Numbered from the whole stretch's first letter, positions 34,882 through 46,349 are shown. The stretch is DNA of 63,446 nt, filler included, from Globobulimina sp. (GCA_003354225.1; 26 parts of 26 records of this genome joined end to end with filler, not necessarily neighbours in it), one strand, 5' to 3'. Numbers and translations are program-made. The notes: generated by a model not told the origin, from the letters alone.

Positions 34882-36540
34882 TTACTGATGCACCATGGCA
34901 TGAATCATATTGTCCATAATCCGTCTTTTATCGCTTAGGCAAACATCGAGAATCTTCAATATATGTTTGTACACATTCTGATTGCTAATGTCATATAAAT
35001 GTAGCTGATCGCGCAAATAATTGATGTGTTTCTTAATAATTAGCTCTGGCATTTGCGAGGGTAACATCAACACAAATAAGTTCACCAACAACTTATGTTT
35101 CTGCCGCAGCGATAAATACGCATTCACATTGTATTGGATAAAGGTTTGATAATTATTGTCGTCCTTAAAATTGTTGACATTAATATTGCCATTCTCGATG
35201 CAATATTTATTTGCGGGCAAAAACACAAACGGCGCCACTTCGCGTTGCCATTTGACAAAGTCACCGATCACTTTCTGAGATTTAAAATTGCCCAAAAAAT
35301 GGCTAAAATCAATATGAAATAATTCGCCTTTTCTTCTCAGCATAATATTCGAAGGATGGCGGTCTCCCAAACCCAGCACATACGACGCAATGCAATATCC
35401 GGCACACGAACGGGTATAAATGTCGCGTGCTTTTGCCACCAATTCCAAATTATTCTGGTTCACATCCAACAAATACTTCAAATGTGTGGTGATGTCTCGT
35501 GCTCCTTTTTGTGGCCCACCTCCGTAATGGGTATGAATATGGGTCGTCGTGCTCGAATCCAACACAATTTCCACCATTCCCTGGCCGTAACCGCTGCAAA
35601 TCACCGCATAAAACAACAAATTCAAATTCAAGCCGCGGTCCAACCAAATCTTGTCAATGACGCGGATCACATTTAAGGTCAAGATGTCTTGTCGCAGATC
35701 GTCGCCCGCCTTAAACATCATTGTGTTCTGTCCGCAATCCACGTTTTCAAAGGTTAGCCACAACGGCATCTGCGCACTGCTCATTATTTTGCATTGCTCG
35801 ATGATTATGTGTTTGCAGTGCCATTTGGGTTGGATTGGTAATATAAAATCTGACGGTAACACTTGGTTCAATTTATTCAAATCTCGCTGCAAAATGGCGA
35901 GCAAATTGAGGTTTTTGCCCTTGTACGATTTCGAGTATTTGCGTAGTTTGTTGTTGATGTAATTGAGCGCCATGGACAGATTGGTTTGGATCAAGATGTT
36001 GCGCGCAATATTGGTCTGCGAAAATAATAAATATTCTTCCAAATACAATGCAAACCGCTCAACGTACATCAAATTCAATTGCTTATTGTCTGCGTACTCC
36101 GATTTGATATGCCACCAAAAATAATGTCCGATTTGGTTGGGATTCAAAATGCAGCGACGCATTAATAAGCGTATCAGCGCATTGTTGTGATGCAATTCGT
36201 ATTTTAAGCATTGCACCAATTGCAACAAATAAATCTGTAGGTCGTCGTCGCTCATTTGCGCCAGTTTCGTCACTGCATATTGCCGGATATAATTATCCAT
36301 AAATTCGTAGGATAGCAGTTCCAAGAAATCAGACAAATTCTTGTCGTTACACTTCCATTTCGATACATATGCATACAACTCACTGCGCTGATATTTGTCT
36401 CGGAAATCAATGCAACGGACAAACGCCGTGAAAGCCGCCGGGTTTTTAGATAAAACATCACGGTGTTTCCATATGATTTGCTTTTCTTCGCCGTTGTATT
36501 GGTGCAATAAGTCAAAAGCTATCAACCTGTCGCACTCCGC
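34882..36540 (-). CDS. Phosphatidylinositol 3-kinase catalytic subunit, class I-like (helical and kinase domains, 5'-partial)
   Basis: YLLQLVQCLKYE, GHYFWWH, IMSSAQMPLWL, FKAGDDLRQD, SCAGYCIASYVLGLGDRHPSNIM and FHIDFSHFLGNFK. Confidence 0.95.
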   Translation of the reverse strand, partial: AECDRLIAFDLLHQYNGEEKQIIWKHRDVLSKNPAAFTAFVRCIDFRDKYQRSELYAYVSKWKCNDKNLSDFLELLSYEFMDNYIRQYAVTKLAQMSDDDLQIYLLQLVQCLKYELHHNNALIRLLMRRCILNPNQIGHYFWWHIKSEYADNKQLNLMYVERFALYLEEYLLFSQTNIARNILIQTNLSMALNYINNKLRKYSKSYKGKNLNLLAILQRDLNKLNQVLPSDFILPIQPKWHCKHIIIEQCKIMSSAQMPLWLTFENVDCGQNTMMFKAGDDLRQDILTLNVIRVIDKIWLDRGLNLNLLFYAVICSGYGQGMVEIVLDSSTTTHIHTHYGGGPQKGARDITTHLKYLLDVNQNNLELVAKARDIYTRSCAGYCIASYVLGLGDRHPSNIMLRRKGELFHIDFSHFLGNFKSQKVIGDFVKWQREVAPFVFLPANKYCIENGNINVNNFKDDNNYQTFIQYNVNAYLSLRQKHKLLVNLFVLMLPSQMPELIIKKHINYLRDQLHLYDISNQNVYKHILKILDVCLSDKRRIMDNMIHAMVHQ

Positions 36541-36675
36541 AATATTATCGCTTTTATAATTACTTTTTTTGAAATNNNNNNNNNNNNNNNNNNNNNNNNN
36601 NNNNNNNNNNNNNNNNNNNTTAATTAATTAANNNNNNNNNNNNNNNNNNNNNNNNNNNNNNNNNNNNNNNNNNNN

Positions 36676-37724
36676 TATTTATTTCTATTGTAAGCATTTT
36701 TCTTTACTTCAATTTGATTTCTTTTTGTAATGTTGTTATTGTACCGGAATATTATTGCCGGTCCATTCCAGTCTGCTTGTTTCTGTATTTGTGGGAGTGG
36801 GACGCCTCTTGCTATGGCGTTCTGTGTCCCTCCTTTTCTGAGTCCGTGGGATGTATAGCTATCCGGATCATATCCTGTCGCAATGCATAGCTCTTTTATC
36901 TTGTTTCCCATCATATATTTATCGATGGGCTGCTCTATTCCCATTTTATTTGTCGCCGTAAAGACTGGCGTTTTCTTATCCAAATTCTGCTTTTTTCCTT
37001 GTAATCTATGCCTTGTTAATTCTATTAAGGCGCATTTTGCGCAGATCTTTGTTGCTGCGGTGCATTGGCAGACTATGGCTGTCTGTAACTGATTGTTTTT
37101 ATAGTTATACTGATGTGTTTTTCCTTTATTTCTTGTCCATATTATATATGATGATTGTTCCCATTTTTTTGTGTTTAAATCGTATTCAAATTGTAATGCT
37201 TCATAGTTTATATTGGCTTCAATTTGGTTATTTTTGGTATATTCACTGATTCTTTTCATTTCTGTGAATGCTAAAGTTACTATTCCAATCCATGATAATT
37301 TCGATATTCTATTCATGGTTTTGTCATTTTTGATGTTCTGGATCCATTGGCATAGCATATGGCGGTCGATTGCTTTCGATCCGCCCTTGCCTGGATTCAA
37401 TCGCTTTTGTGCTATTTTGTAATTGTGTAGGTTTGGCATGGCTGTTTTTGTTGTATTAATTATTTTATTGTATTTTAATGCAATATCTCTGATTCCATTC
37501 TGATGGGAATGGATTGCTGTCCATCCGAACTTCTTTTTACATGTTTTATTCCATATCATGTATTCGATTATATTGTTTTCATCAAATTCTGTTACTGATT
37601 TGTTGTGCAATTTGTTATATATCATCCAATATTTCTCGACCGAGGTATATTGATCGTTGGTGTTCTCAGCATGTCTGTGTTGCCAATTGAATTGTTTCTG
37701 TTTCTCGAATTCTATTCGTGACAT
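36676..37724 (-). CDS. Tyrosine recombinase of a DIRS/Ngaro-like retrotransposon (3' end at contig edge)
   Basis: LAFTEMKRISEY (catalytic R), YTSHGLRKGG (HxxR), DW and IFRY (catalytic Y). Confidence 0.85.
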
Positions 37725-37901
37725 TCTGCGCGGCTCAAAGTTGGCTCTCGTTCTCCTCTTTCTGTTCGAGGGTATCTTTTTGTTTGTAAAGTGAGTTTTT
37801 GTTAGTAAGTTTTCTTTGAAAAGTGACCAGATATTTTTTGAAGGCGTGCAAAGGCAAAAAAACAGAAAATTTTAAATAGATATTATTGTGAGTTATATTT
37901 A

Positions 37902-39019
37902 TCATTTGTTTGATCTCCATTTTGTATATGTTTTTTGTTGTGTACATGTTAATTCATTCTGACAATTACAATTCTTTCCTTTTATCTTTTTAATTCCCAT
38001 TCGTTTCCGTGCTTCATTATATATTTTAATTCCTTCATTTGCGGCTTGGTTTGCTTCCGTTGATAGATTGGTGAAAGTCCATCGATTGCTACATGTTTTC
38101 AATGGGTTTCTATAGCCACGGGACAGTCCATCCGCTCTTGGATTGTCATCCGTTGCTATCCATTTTATCCACAGATAGTAACAGTAGAAATTGCATAGCA
38201 TACAAATTCTGCGCAGCAATTCTTGCAAGTCTTTGCGATAAAAACACGCGGACTTTTTGGCCACAATGGCGCAGACTGCCGCATTATCGCAAAGTAATAA
38301 TAATGCCTTTCCACTCCAATGCTTTGATGTGATTTTTAACATAACATAAATTGCTAATAATTCTAAGTAGACAATGTCCGGCGGATTTGCCTCATTCCAA
38401 TCCTCCAATTCATTGTAAAACGTAGCATAAAACAATGCGTTTTTATGCATCACGATTCCGCCTAATCCGATCTTTCCCGACGCATCGGTTTCGATGGTAA
38501 TATCTGCGCTGGCTTTGTCGTATAGGAGCCACTTAAAAGGGATTGAGTTCTTTGTTGGGTCCTTTATTGGATCCAATATCACGTTTATGTCCCTTGCCAT
38601 TTCTACGGTAATTCGTACCGGATCCTTCGGCTCTTTTTTTGCTACGGCTTCCTCCAAACGCCGTAAAGCAGGGATTATGTAATAATGTACATATGAAACA
38701 TGCCGCGATATCCCTACAAATGAAGTTATCTGCGATGCGGTGGCATTCCTTCTCTGGCTATGCAGGTTCAGTAATAGTTGACCTTTAACTGAGGTCTTTG
38801 CTATTTTTGCTCTCGGGATTGATAGTGACTGTGTTATGCAGTTAATAATGAATCCAATCCATATTAATATCTGTGTCGGCGGTATCATTTTCTTTTGCTG
38901 CGTAGGGATACCCAGCCAACTAAACATCCATTTTATTGCATGGTACTGCTGCCAGGCCATCCTTTCACTGTGATGACCGGCGAAAAAATCGTCTAAATAG
39001 TTCTTTAGGACACATATCT
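37902..39019 (-). CDS. Reverse transcriptase-RNase H of a DIRS/Ngaro-like retrotransposon (5'-partial)
   Basis: In-frame YLDDFF at about 38982-38999 upstream of the ORF-track start; WIGFII; RNase H TDASG, LELLAI, CDNAAV and NPRADGLSR. Confidence 0.9.
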
Positions 39020-39119
39020 NNNNNNNNNNNNNNNNNNNNNNNNNNNNNNNNNNNNNNNNNNNNTTAATTAATTAANNNNNNNNNNNNNNNNNNNNNNNNN
39101 NNNNNNNNNNNNNNNNNNN

Positions 39120-41463
39120 GATGATCCACAACTCGCTGTATCAACGTTTGTATCGGTTTTATAATCTCTGCCGGTTTACGCTTTTCAATCAAATCAGATA
39201 TAAAATCCAATGCTATTAAAATTGGTTTACATTCAATTCCGTGCCAAAAAATATTTTTAAATTGCAATCCTTCTTCACCTTTTTTTTAATTTTGAATTAA
39301 TATTTTTGTCGAAGAAGAAACATAGATAGGCATACCTCCAATGAATAAATGTTCCGATTCATTTCCAAATCTAGAGAGCCAGCCAATGGATAATAGTGGG
39401 GCATAACCGATATCGTCACCCAATTCTATAATGACTCCGTTATCGAAATTTGTAAAAATAGTGGCAACTTCAAAACTTGATGATGTTGATAATGGGCCAT
39501 AAATATATTGTTTATTGGCAGTTGATGTAAATACTAATTCTTCTCCAATGCCATGATAAAATCGTTTGATTGTATCTTGATATATTGCAACACCATTAAT
39601 TGTCACTGCTTCTTGCAAACATTTGGCTAAATGCCAAAAATACGAATGTCTTTCTTTAATACTACTTTTTGTTTCCTCTGAAGATAGTTTCCTGAAAGTT
39701 TTGCTGAATTCGAATTGCAATGCAGTATAATTACAATATATCATTATTGCTAAGATATTTGATAGAGGATATTTGATTTTATCATATTTATATTTGAAAT
39801 AACCACTTTTTTGATGTTGTATGGCATTATTTAATACCATACGATACTGAGACATACTAACTGTTGATTCAGTACTTAACGCATTGTGAGTCAGCTCTTC
39901 CTTCAAAGAACAATATTTTGGAGCTAAATACCCAATATATCTTTCATTATTATTTTTGTGCTCCGCTCTGGCATCATATCCGCCATTATCATATTGGAAG
40001 ATATAACCAAAACTATACAATCCATCGTTATTTCTTTCATGATTATCAACACCAACCAATGACGTGAATTTATTATGTTTTATTCGTTTTCGTGATTTAA
40101 ATGATTTCAATTTCTCTGCAATTATTTTATTAATCGGTATTTGTTGATTTAAATTAATTAATGTGCAGTCATTGTCAGTATTAATATTTGCCTTCATTAT
40201 ATCCTCTAATTTGATCCTTTCACTCTTTGTTAATCTAAATCCCTGATCAAAACAATGAAGGTAATAACAATGGATCTTATCCAAAATTTGCTGATACAAA
40301 ACTATTTTATCTTTTTTGTCATTTCTGTTTCGTTGAATAGATTTAACCATTCGATGAAATTGTTCAAATACGATATGATCATTATTTTCTTTTAATTCAT
40401 ATGTTACCTCATTCTTTTCTTTTAATTCATCTGTGTCAATGATTGCATGTTCAGTGTTTTGTCGACGTCGATCTTTTGTATGGACGTTAAGTTCATCATT
40501 ACTTATCTCCAGTGTCAGTGGCGTAGAATGCCCGTTTCTCGGCCTCGCGATCGGTAGTACTGATTGCTTTGAATTATAATCAGCATTCAATTCGAATTCA
40601 TTAATAATGGTTTGCGTAGTTGATGGATTTTCCTTTCCATGCAATAATGCTCGGATATTATACATATCGTTTTTACTGGAAATACTATCTAAAATCTCAT
40701 CAATGCTTCGAAGCTGTTCACAAATGACAAATCAGTCAAATAAAATAAATATAACTCGATATTGCTTAACTTTATTAGAAAATAAGTAATTAAGTTGTTG
40801 CTGTTGATCAGCTCTTATTTGTAAATCACGTATCAACTCAGTCAAGGCAGTCATTTCTACATCAGATTGTACCGTACAATGAGTTAAATATTGGTTAATT
40901 TCTTCTTCATTGTCATCATGACTTCTATCTCGATAATTCCTTGAAAATATTCTGCACTCCGCAACACCGCAAGGTACTAAACTGTTGTATATATATTCAA
41001 AATCATCATTATTATCATGAAAATGCGTTAGATGCAGGAAATCATTTAATATTAATTCAATATTAAATTGATCAAAATCTACAATAGTGCCTGTCATAAA
41101 TGTAGCAAACGTTTTCATTGCAATTGCTAATCTTTTTAAATTGGTACATAACGATATTTCTTCACACGATACAAAATGATGTTTAATTAAATCATTCTGC
41201 TGAACATTCGGAATCGGATCTGTCTCCCTTGTCTTAACACGCTCTATTAACTTTAGATATGCTTTTCTCCGTAACTCATTTTTTGGTGTATACATATTGT
41301 AATTATTATTGTTTGAATTTATATAACATTTAATACATTCATTCACTGACAATTTTGTATTATCCAAATTTTTGTTCCATTCACAAATCTCGGAAATGAA
41401 CTTCGAAATAATCTCACTGTGCTCAAAATAATATGCCAAATCCACATAAAGTGGATCATATTT
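39120..41463 (-). CDS. Large protein with ADP-ribosyltransferase-like domain; introns 40714-40770 and 39279-39335; partial at both ends
   Basis: Two 57-nt GT-AG introns join ORFs 40732-41445, 39286-40665 and 39064-39267 in frame. ART-like motifs RFYHGI, PLSTSSSFEVA and SRFGNESEHLF. Confidence 0.7.
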
Positions 41464-41563
41464 NNNNNNNNNNNNNNNNNNNNNNNNNNNNNNNNNNNNN
41501 NNNNNNNTTAATTAATTAANNNNNNNNNNNNNNNNNNNNNNNNNNNNNNNNNNNNNNNNNNNN

Positions 41564-42499
41564 AAGGACCATTTGAATGACGCCAATGAAATGATCGATC
41601 GGTATAACAGTTTGATCAAAGCGTGCAACCCAAACAGCAGCAACGTGCGCGCTGTGCGCAGATCTCCCTTCGACAACAATTTATTGCACGATTTGTGGAA
41701 CTTATTGAACGAAATCGGCGAGAATGACGGCAGCGAATATGGGGTGGTCTGGGCCAGCGAAGGGCGCGCCTTTCACATTGTAAATGTGGACTTATTTGTG
41801 GCCAATTTCATGTCGCGCAACAAACACAATATCATTGAGGATAAAAATTATGACTCATTTAGTTTAAGGTTAACTGTGTTGGGCTTTGAGCAGGAAAAAG
41901 ATGCCAATTTGTACCATCATCCATGTTTCAATAAGAGCAGTAATAAATTGATTGACTTTATTGGAAAGAATAGCATTCCGCTGCCGGATGACGATGATAA
42001 AGCGGCGTTGTTTAAGTCGCGAGTCTTGAAAGAGAAACAGCAGCAAATCCATCCGATCATTGATGACTTTGCACGGCCGTTGCATAATAATTTCGATATG
42101 AATATGAATGTTATGAATGCGATGAATACGCCGATGGGGAATGATAGGAAGAGGAGTAGAGCTGCGGTGAAAATGGAGGAAGTGAATTTGAATTATAACT
42201 ATGGTTTGTTTGTGCCCATTGAGAGTGGTTTAGATTTGAATCAATGCCATACATGGACGGAACATGAGGTTGGTGAATGGATTCGGCATTTACCGGATTG
42301 GGGCAATTATTATGCTGCGAAATTTGTGGAGAATGGCATTGATGGCAGGATATTGTTGGAATTTGAGGACTTGGAGTTGGTGATGAAAGAAGCGGATATT
42401 CAGCCTATCCATAAAGCGACCTTTATTTGTGGCGTCAATATGTTACGGAGTGTTCGGCGAAGAGGTATTCAACAAATGAGGCAATCACAAGGGAAATAA
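41564..42499 (+). CDS. HSF-type DNA-binding domain plus C-terminal SAM domain protein (5'-partial)
   Basis: LWNLL...VVWASEGRAFHIVN...NYDSFSLRLTVLGF...YHHPCF (HSF-like) and WTEHEVGEWI...YAAKFVENGIDGRILL (SAM). Confidence 0.75.
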   Translation, partial: KDHLNDANEMIDRYNSLIKACNPNSSNVRAVRRSPFDNNLLHDLWNLLNEIGENDGSEYGVVWASEGRAFHIVNVDLFVANFMSRNKHNIIEDKNYDSFSLRLTVLGFEQEKDANLYHHPCFNKSSNKLIDFIGKNSIPLPDDDDKAALFKSRVLKEKQQQIHPIIDDFARPLHNNFDMNMNVMNAMNTPMGNDRKRSRAAVKMEEVNLNYNYGLFVPIESGLDLNQCHTWTEHEVGEWIRHLPDWGNYYAAKFVENGIDGRILLEFEDLELVMKEADIQPIHKATFICGVNMLRSVRRRGIQQMRQSQGK

Positions 42500-42676
42500 T
42501 TATGTTTGATGTTTTGTAAAAGACCTTAATAAAATGATACTTGTGTTTAATGTTAAATGCTAGGATAGGGGTGCAAGGATATTCTGATTTTTCATGGATT
42601 TTTATAATTAAATTAGTTTTAATTTTCCATTTAAAATACTGCTCAAGTTTTTTTTGAAAGGTTTTCACAGAAACGA

Positions 42677-43906
42677 ATGATGTGCATTTCATCTGTTGTT
42701 GTGGTGATTATTTGTAATATTATTTCACTTTCAGTTTCACGAGCATTGATTGATAAAGTTCATATAATTTGGTGTAATCATTTGGATGTTGGTTATCACA
42801 GAGGTTGGGATATTGATTCATGTGCATGGAATGAAGCATGTTCTGTACATTCTGTGATTGATGAATATTGGCATTATTATTATCCATTAACAATATCAAT
42901 TGCAAACAGATTACAAAATGAATTTAATTTCACATTCAATTATCTCACATTTCCATATTTGATGTCATTGTATTTAGATTGTCAAGAAAATAATAAATTT
43001 AATTTAAAATGTCCAACAAAAGAATCAAAGTTAGACACATTGAATGGTGTAAAAAATGGAGATTTATGGTTCAATGCATTTCCGTTTAATTCTCAGTTGG
43101 AAAATTATGATAAATCTTTGCTTGAATTCGGCATCAATTTAAGTTATGATTTAATGAAGAATTTGAGCGATTTACCATCAAAATATTATTCAACAGTTAT
43201 CTCTCAAAGAGATGTTCCAGGAATTCCAAGAAATTCCATTCCAATTTTAACAAAGAATGGAATCCGAGCATTTTCTGTCGGGGCAAATGATGGTACGCCA
43301 AACTTGAATACCTCAAAAATATTCAAATGGATTGATCCAAATTCCAATGAAATGATATTTGTTATGTACCATAGTAAAGGATATGGTGGATTTAATATAA
43401 GTGATGCTTTGATAATCGATGGATTCAATGAAGCCTTAATCTATGCGTGGAATGGTGATAATTTAGGACCATTTTTAGAACCGCAAATATTGCTAATTTT
43501 AGAAGGATTAGAACAAGAATTTGATATTTACAATGGAGGGAAAGTTGAAAATATCCAGTTAGTATCATCAACATTTGATTTATTTTTGGATGCATTATTG
43601 TCTTTTCCCAATAACTCGGTCGTTGGAAATATCCCAATTTATGATGGCGAAATTGGTGATCGTTGGAGTTATGGACTATCAACAGATCCATTCAAGACTG
43701 CAGCATATCGAAATGCAATGAAATTGAGATCAAATTGCTTGAAAAGAAATGAATGCAGTTTAGATTCTCCACATTTTTATAATTTTAGCAGATTGTTATT
43801 GAAAAATGGTGAACATACATGGGGAGCCTCAGTAAAAAAATCATTGGATCAGGCACAAAATGCGCCGGATTATTCGACATATTATAACCAACCATTTTGG
43901 GCCTCA
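42677..43906 (+). CDS. Secreted GH38-N-terminal-like / DUF5054-family putative glycoside hydrolase (3'-partial)
   Basis: Signal peptide; HIIWCNHLDVGY, QRDVPG, DNLGP, EIGDRW.YG..TDP.K and EHTWG. Confidence 0.75.
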
Positions 43907-44178
43907 NNNNNNNNNNNNNNNNNNNNNNNNNNNNNNNNNNNNNNNNNNNNTTAATTAATTAANNNNNNNNNNNNNNNNNNNNNNNNNNNNNNNNNNNNNN
44001 NNNNNNGAAAAATCATTTGATGATGATGATGAATTAAAATTGGCATTGGCAATGTCAATGATGGAGCCATCCGATGACGACAATGATAACAATAACAATA
44101 AAAATAAAAATAATAAAAATAATATAAGGAATCTCTTTTACAAACCATTGTTAAGTGTAAATATACATACGTATTAAG

Positions 44179-44607
44179 ATGGAAATAACTTTAACTTTCA
44201 TAAACATACTCAGATCGAAAAAGATTCAGAAACAGAATAAAGCGAAGAAAAGAAAAACCGCAGAAAATGGAGAAATTGGAGAAATTGGCGCAATAATTGC
44301 GTATTATCGCAAGATGATGGTAAAAGGATGTGGAGAGCCAAGATGTACAAATCCATATTGTAAATCGAATTGGAATAATAGAGATAAAACATATTCTGCT
44401 CAACAAGTATCAGTTGGTGCAATAACTCTGAAAATAATGAAATCTGAAATTAAAAAATGCAGTCAATTTAAAAAAAGCAAGATGATAAAAGATAAAAAAA
44501 AGAGAATTGAAAAACAAGAAAGAAAAAAAAGACCAAAAAATAAATCAAATAATTATAATTTGCAAACTTTTTTAAAACTTAGTCAATCACAAAAGAAGTG
44601 TGGCTAA
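44179..44607 (+). CDS. AZUL (UBE3A N-terminal zinc-finger)-domain protein fragment
   Basis: YYRKMMVKGCGEPRCTNPYCKS matches the AZUL YYxQLxxGCGxxxCxNxxCxS pattern. Confidence 0.65.
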   Translation: MEITLTFINILRSKKIQKQNKAKKRKTAENGEIGEIGAIIAYYRKMMVKGCGEPRCTNPYCKSNWNNRDKTYSAQQVSVGAITLKIMKSEIKKCSQFKKSKMIKDKKKRIEKQERKKRPKNKSNNYNLQTFLKLSQSQKKCG

Positions 44608-44727
44608 AAAGTCGACTGTTTTATGTTTTGCATATTTAAAATTAATTGTTTATTAAACAACCAGTCAGCTAAATAACTCATTGTGTTTGTGATTAACGGC
44701 CGTTTTGAGATAATTGTTCAAAATTAC

Positions 44728-44773
44728 TGGATTCGGAGATCAAAAGGAATATAATGAATGGATTCGGAGATCA
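44728..44773. repeat. 15-bp direct repeat TGGATTCGGAGATCA x2
   Basis: Copies at 44728-44742 and 44759-44773. Confidence 0.8.
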
Positions 44774-44867
44774 CAAAATTAAATAATATAATAATATTAT
44801 ATAAAAACGAGAGGAGGTATTTATGCAATAAATAGTACTGTCAAATAGCTACAGAATATAGATCCTA

Positions 44868-45827
44868 TTAATTAAGGAATTGATATTGACAATTTCCAGC
44901 AAATGATAATATTGGATAATAAGTGTGTCCCTGTTGTAAACTCAGTGCCTTTCTTACATTTACGCCATTTAAATAAAATTTAATTTTCCATTTATTTAAA
45001 TCTATCCGAATCTTAATAATATCACCGGTACACCATCCAATATGATGTTTCTTTGATAAATCACGAAAACACCGCGTACTGCCATCATCATTATAAGATC
45101 CATAATACATTGAATTTGTACTTAATTCATTTCCATAAATTGAACATGCTCCAAATTTATTTATTTTAATATCATCCATATTCAATGTACCAATCACTCC
45201 AATTTCTTGCCTATCTACATCGCATTTTAATATTTCAATACTCCATTCGTGATATCCTGCACCTAATCCCTTTGGAGATACAAAACATATTTTATTGGTG
45301 TTTGTTATACCAACTTTATTAAGAAAAACACTTTTATTATTCTCGTTTTCCGCTGTTTGAATAATATGTTTTTCAAATAAATCATCATCGGATAATACAT
45401 TTAAATCAGATTGCATTGAATCATCAGACGAATATCTCGGGCTTACCTTAAAAAGCGGCGAATTTGCAGATTCTGCATGAATATATTCATTGATTTCAAC
45501 ATTATCTGTTTCGATTTGAATGTCTGTGGTTTCATTGCCTGACTCATTTATATCAGTTTCTGCTTTTTTGAATTTGGCAGTAAATGGTAATCGTTGATCA
45601 TAGAATATGTATTGAAGCTCTTTGAAAGTGTATTGTAGAGATCGCGTTATTTGTGATATTGGAATATCATTGATTGAAGTTAATGTATCGCCAACAGAGA
45701 TTCCTGATTTATCAGCAGCATCATTTACATTCAGTACCTGTGATGTATCAAAATCGTTGCTTCCAAATGCAATGAACTTTGTAGTTCCTAATAATTTTTC
45801 TGTAATTTGCACTGAGTATTCAGACAT
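44868..45827 (-). CDS. PDZ-like plus SPRY/B30.2 domain protein
   Basis: AADKSGISVGDTLTSINDIPI (PDZ-like) and GYHEWSIEI..IGVI..GDIIKIRIDL..IKFYLNG..YYPILS (SPRY). Confidence 0.75.
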   Translation of the reverse strand: MSEYSVQITEKLLGTTKFIAFGSNDFDTSQVLNVNDAADKSGISVGDTLTSINDIPISQITRSLQYTFKELQYIFYDQRLPFTAKFKKAETDINESGNETTDIQIETDNVEINEYIHAESANSPLFKVSPRYSSDDSMQSDLNVLSDDDLFEKHIIQTAENENNKSVFLNKVGITNTNKICFVSPKGLGAGYHEWSIEILKCDVDRQEIGVIGTLNMDDIKINKFGACSIYGNELSTNSMYYGSYNDDGSTRCFRDLSKKHHIGWCTGDIIKIRIDLNKWKIKFYLNGVNVRKALSLQQGHTYYPILSFAGNCQYQFLN

Positions 45828-45866
45828 TATAGCTTAAAGAAAAAATCAAACACTGAGTATTCAAAA

Positions 45867-46349
45867 ATGTCTGTTGATTATTCTTTCGAATTATTTATAT
45901 TACCCACAGTCATTTTTGTGTTTGTGGCCTTATCATTCATTCTATTGGGCCTCATCATTCATTTAACATTAGAAACACGTAAAGCATGGAACAATAAAAA
46001 AACCAAAAAACCGAAAAAATTGTCATTAATATTGGGAACGACAATTTTTGCTATAATTTCATTTGACCTATCTTTAGTATGCATAATTATTTTGGTTCTC
46101 CAAGTTTATTTATTAGATACTAACATTAGAGACGAAGCGTTAATATCCGACAAATTCTTTGCTGCAACGCATGATACGTTTGAATATTTAATCGCAGTGC
46201 TTGACTCATTCGGTCATTTAGCGATGTTATTCGTTTTTATTATCAGATTTCATTTTGCGTTTTCAAATCCAATATTTCGTCAATCACAAGTATTCATACA
46301 TTGTTTATATGTGTTATTAGTTGCATTATTCATTACGTCGTTTGTGATC
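45867..46349 (+). CDS. 7TM/GPCR-like membrane protein, N-terminal part (3'-partial)
   Basis: Four TM helices; FIIRFHFAF at the end of TM3. Confidence 0.6.

Larger units (their letters stand above)
36676..39019 (-). mobile_element. Tyrosine-recombinase retrotransposon (DIRS/Ngaro/PAT group), internal fragment
   Basis: RT-RH followed by YR on the same strand. Confidence 0.88.

Noticed and set aside
31788-39019. RTs as retron, DGR or group II intron, and the YR as a phage integrase
   Set aside because: The domain contexts (CCHC+RLE; RNase H+YR) are diagnostic of eukaryotic retrotransposons.
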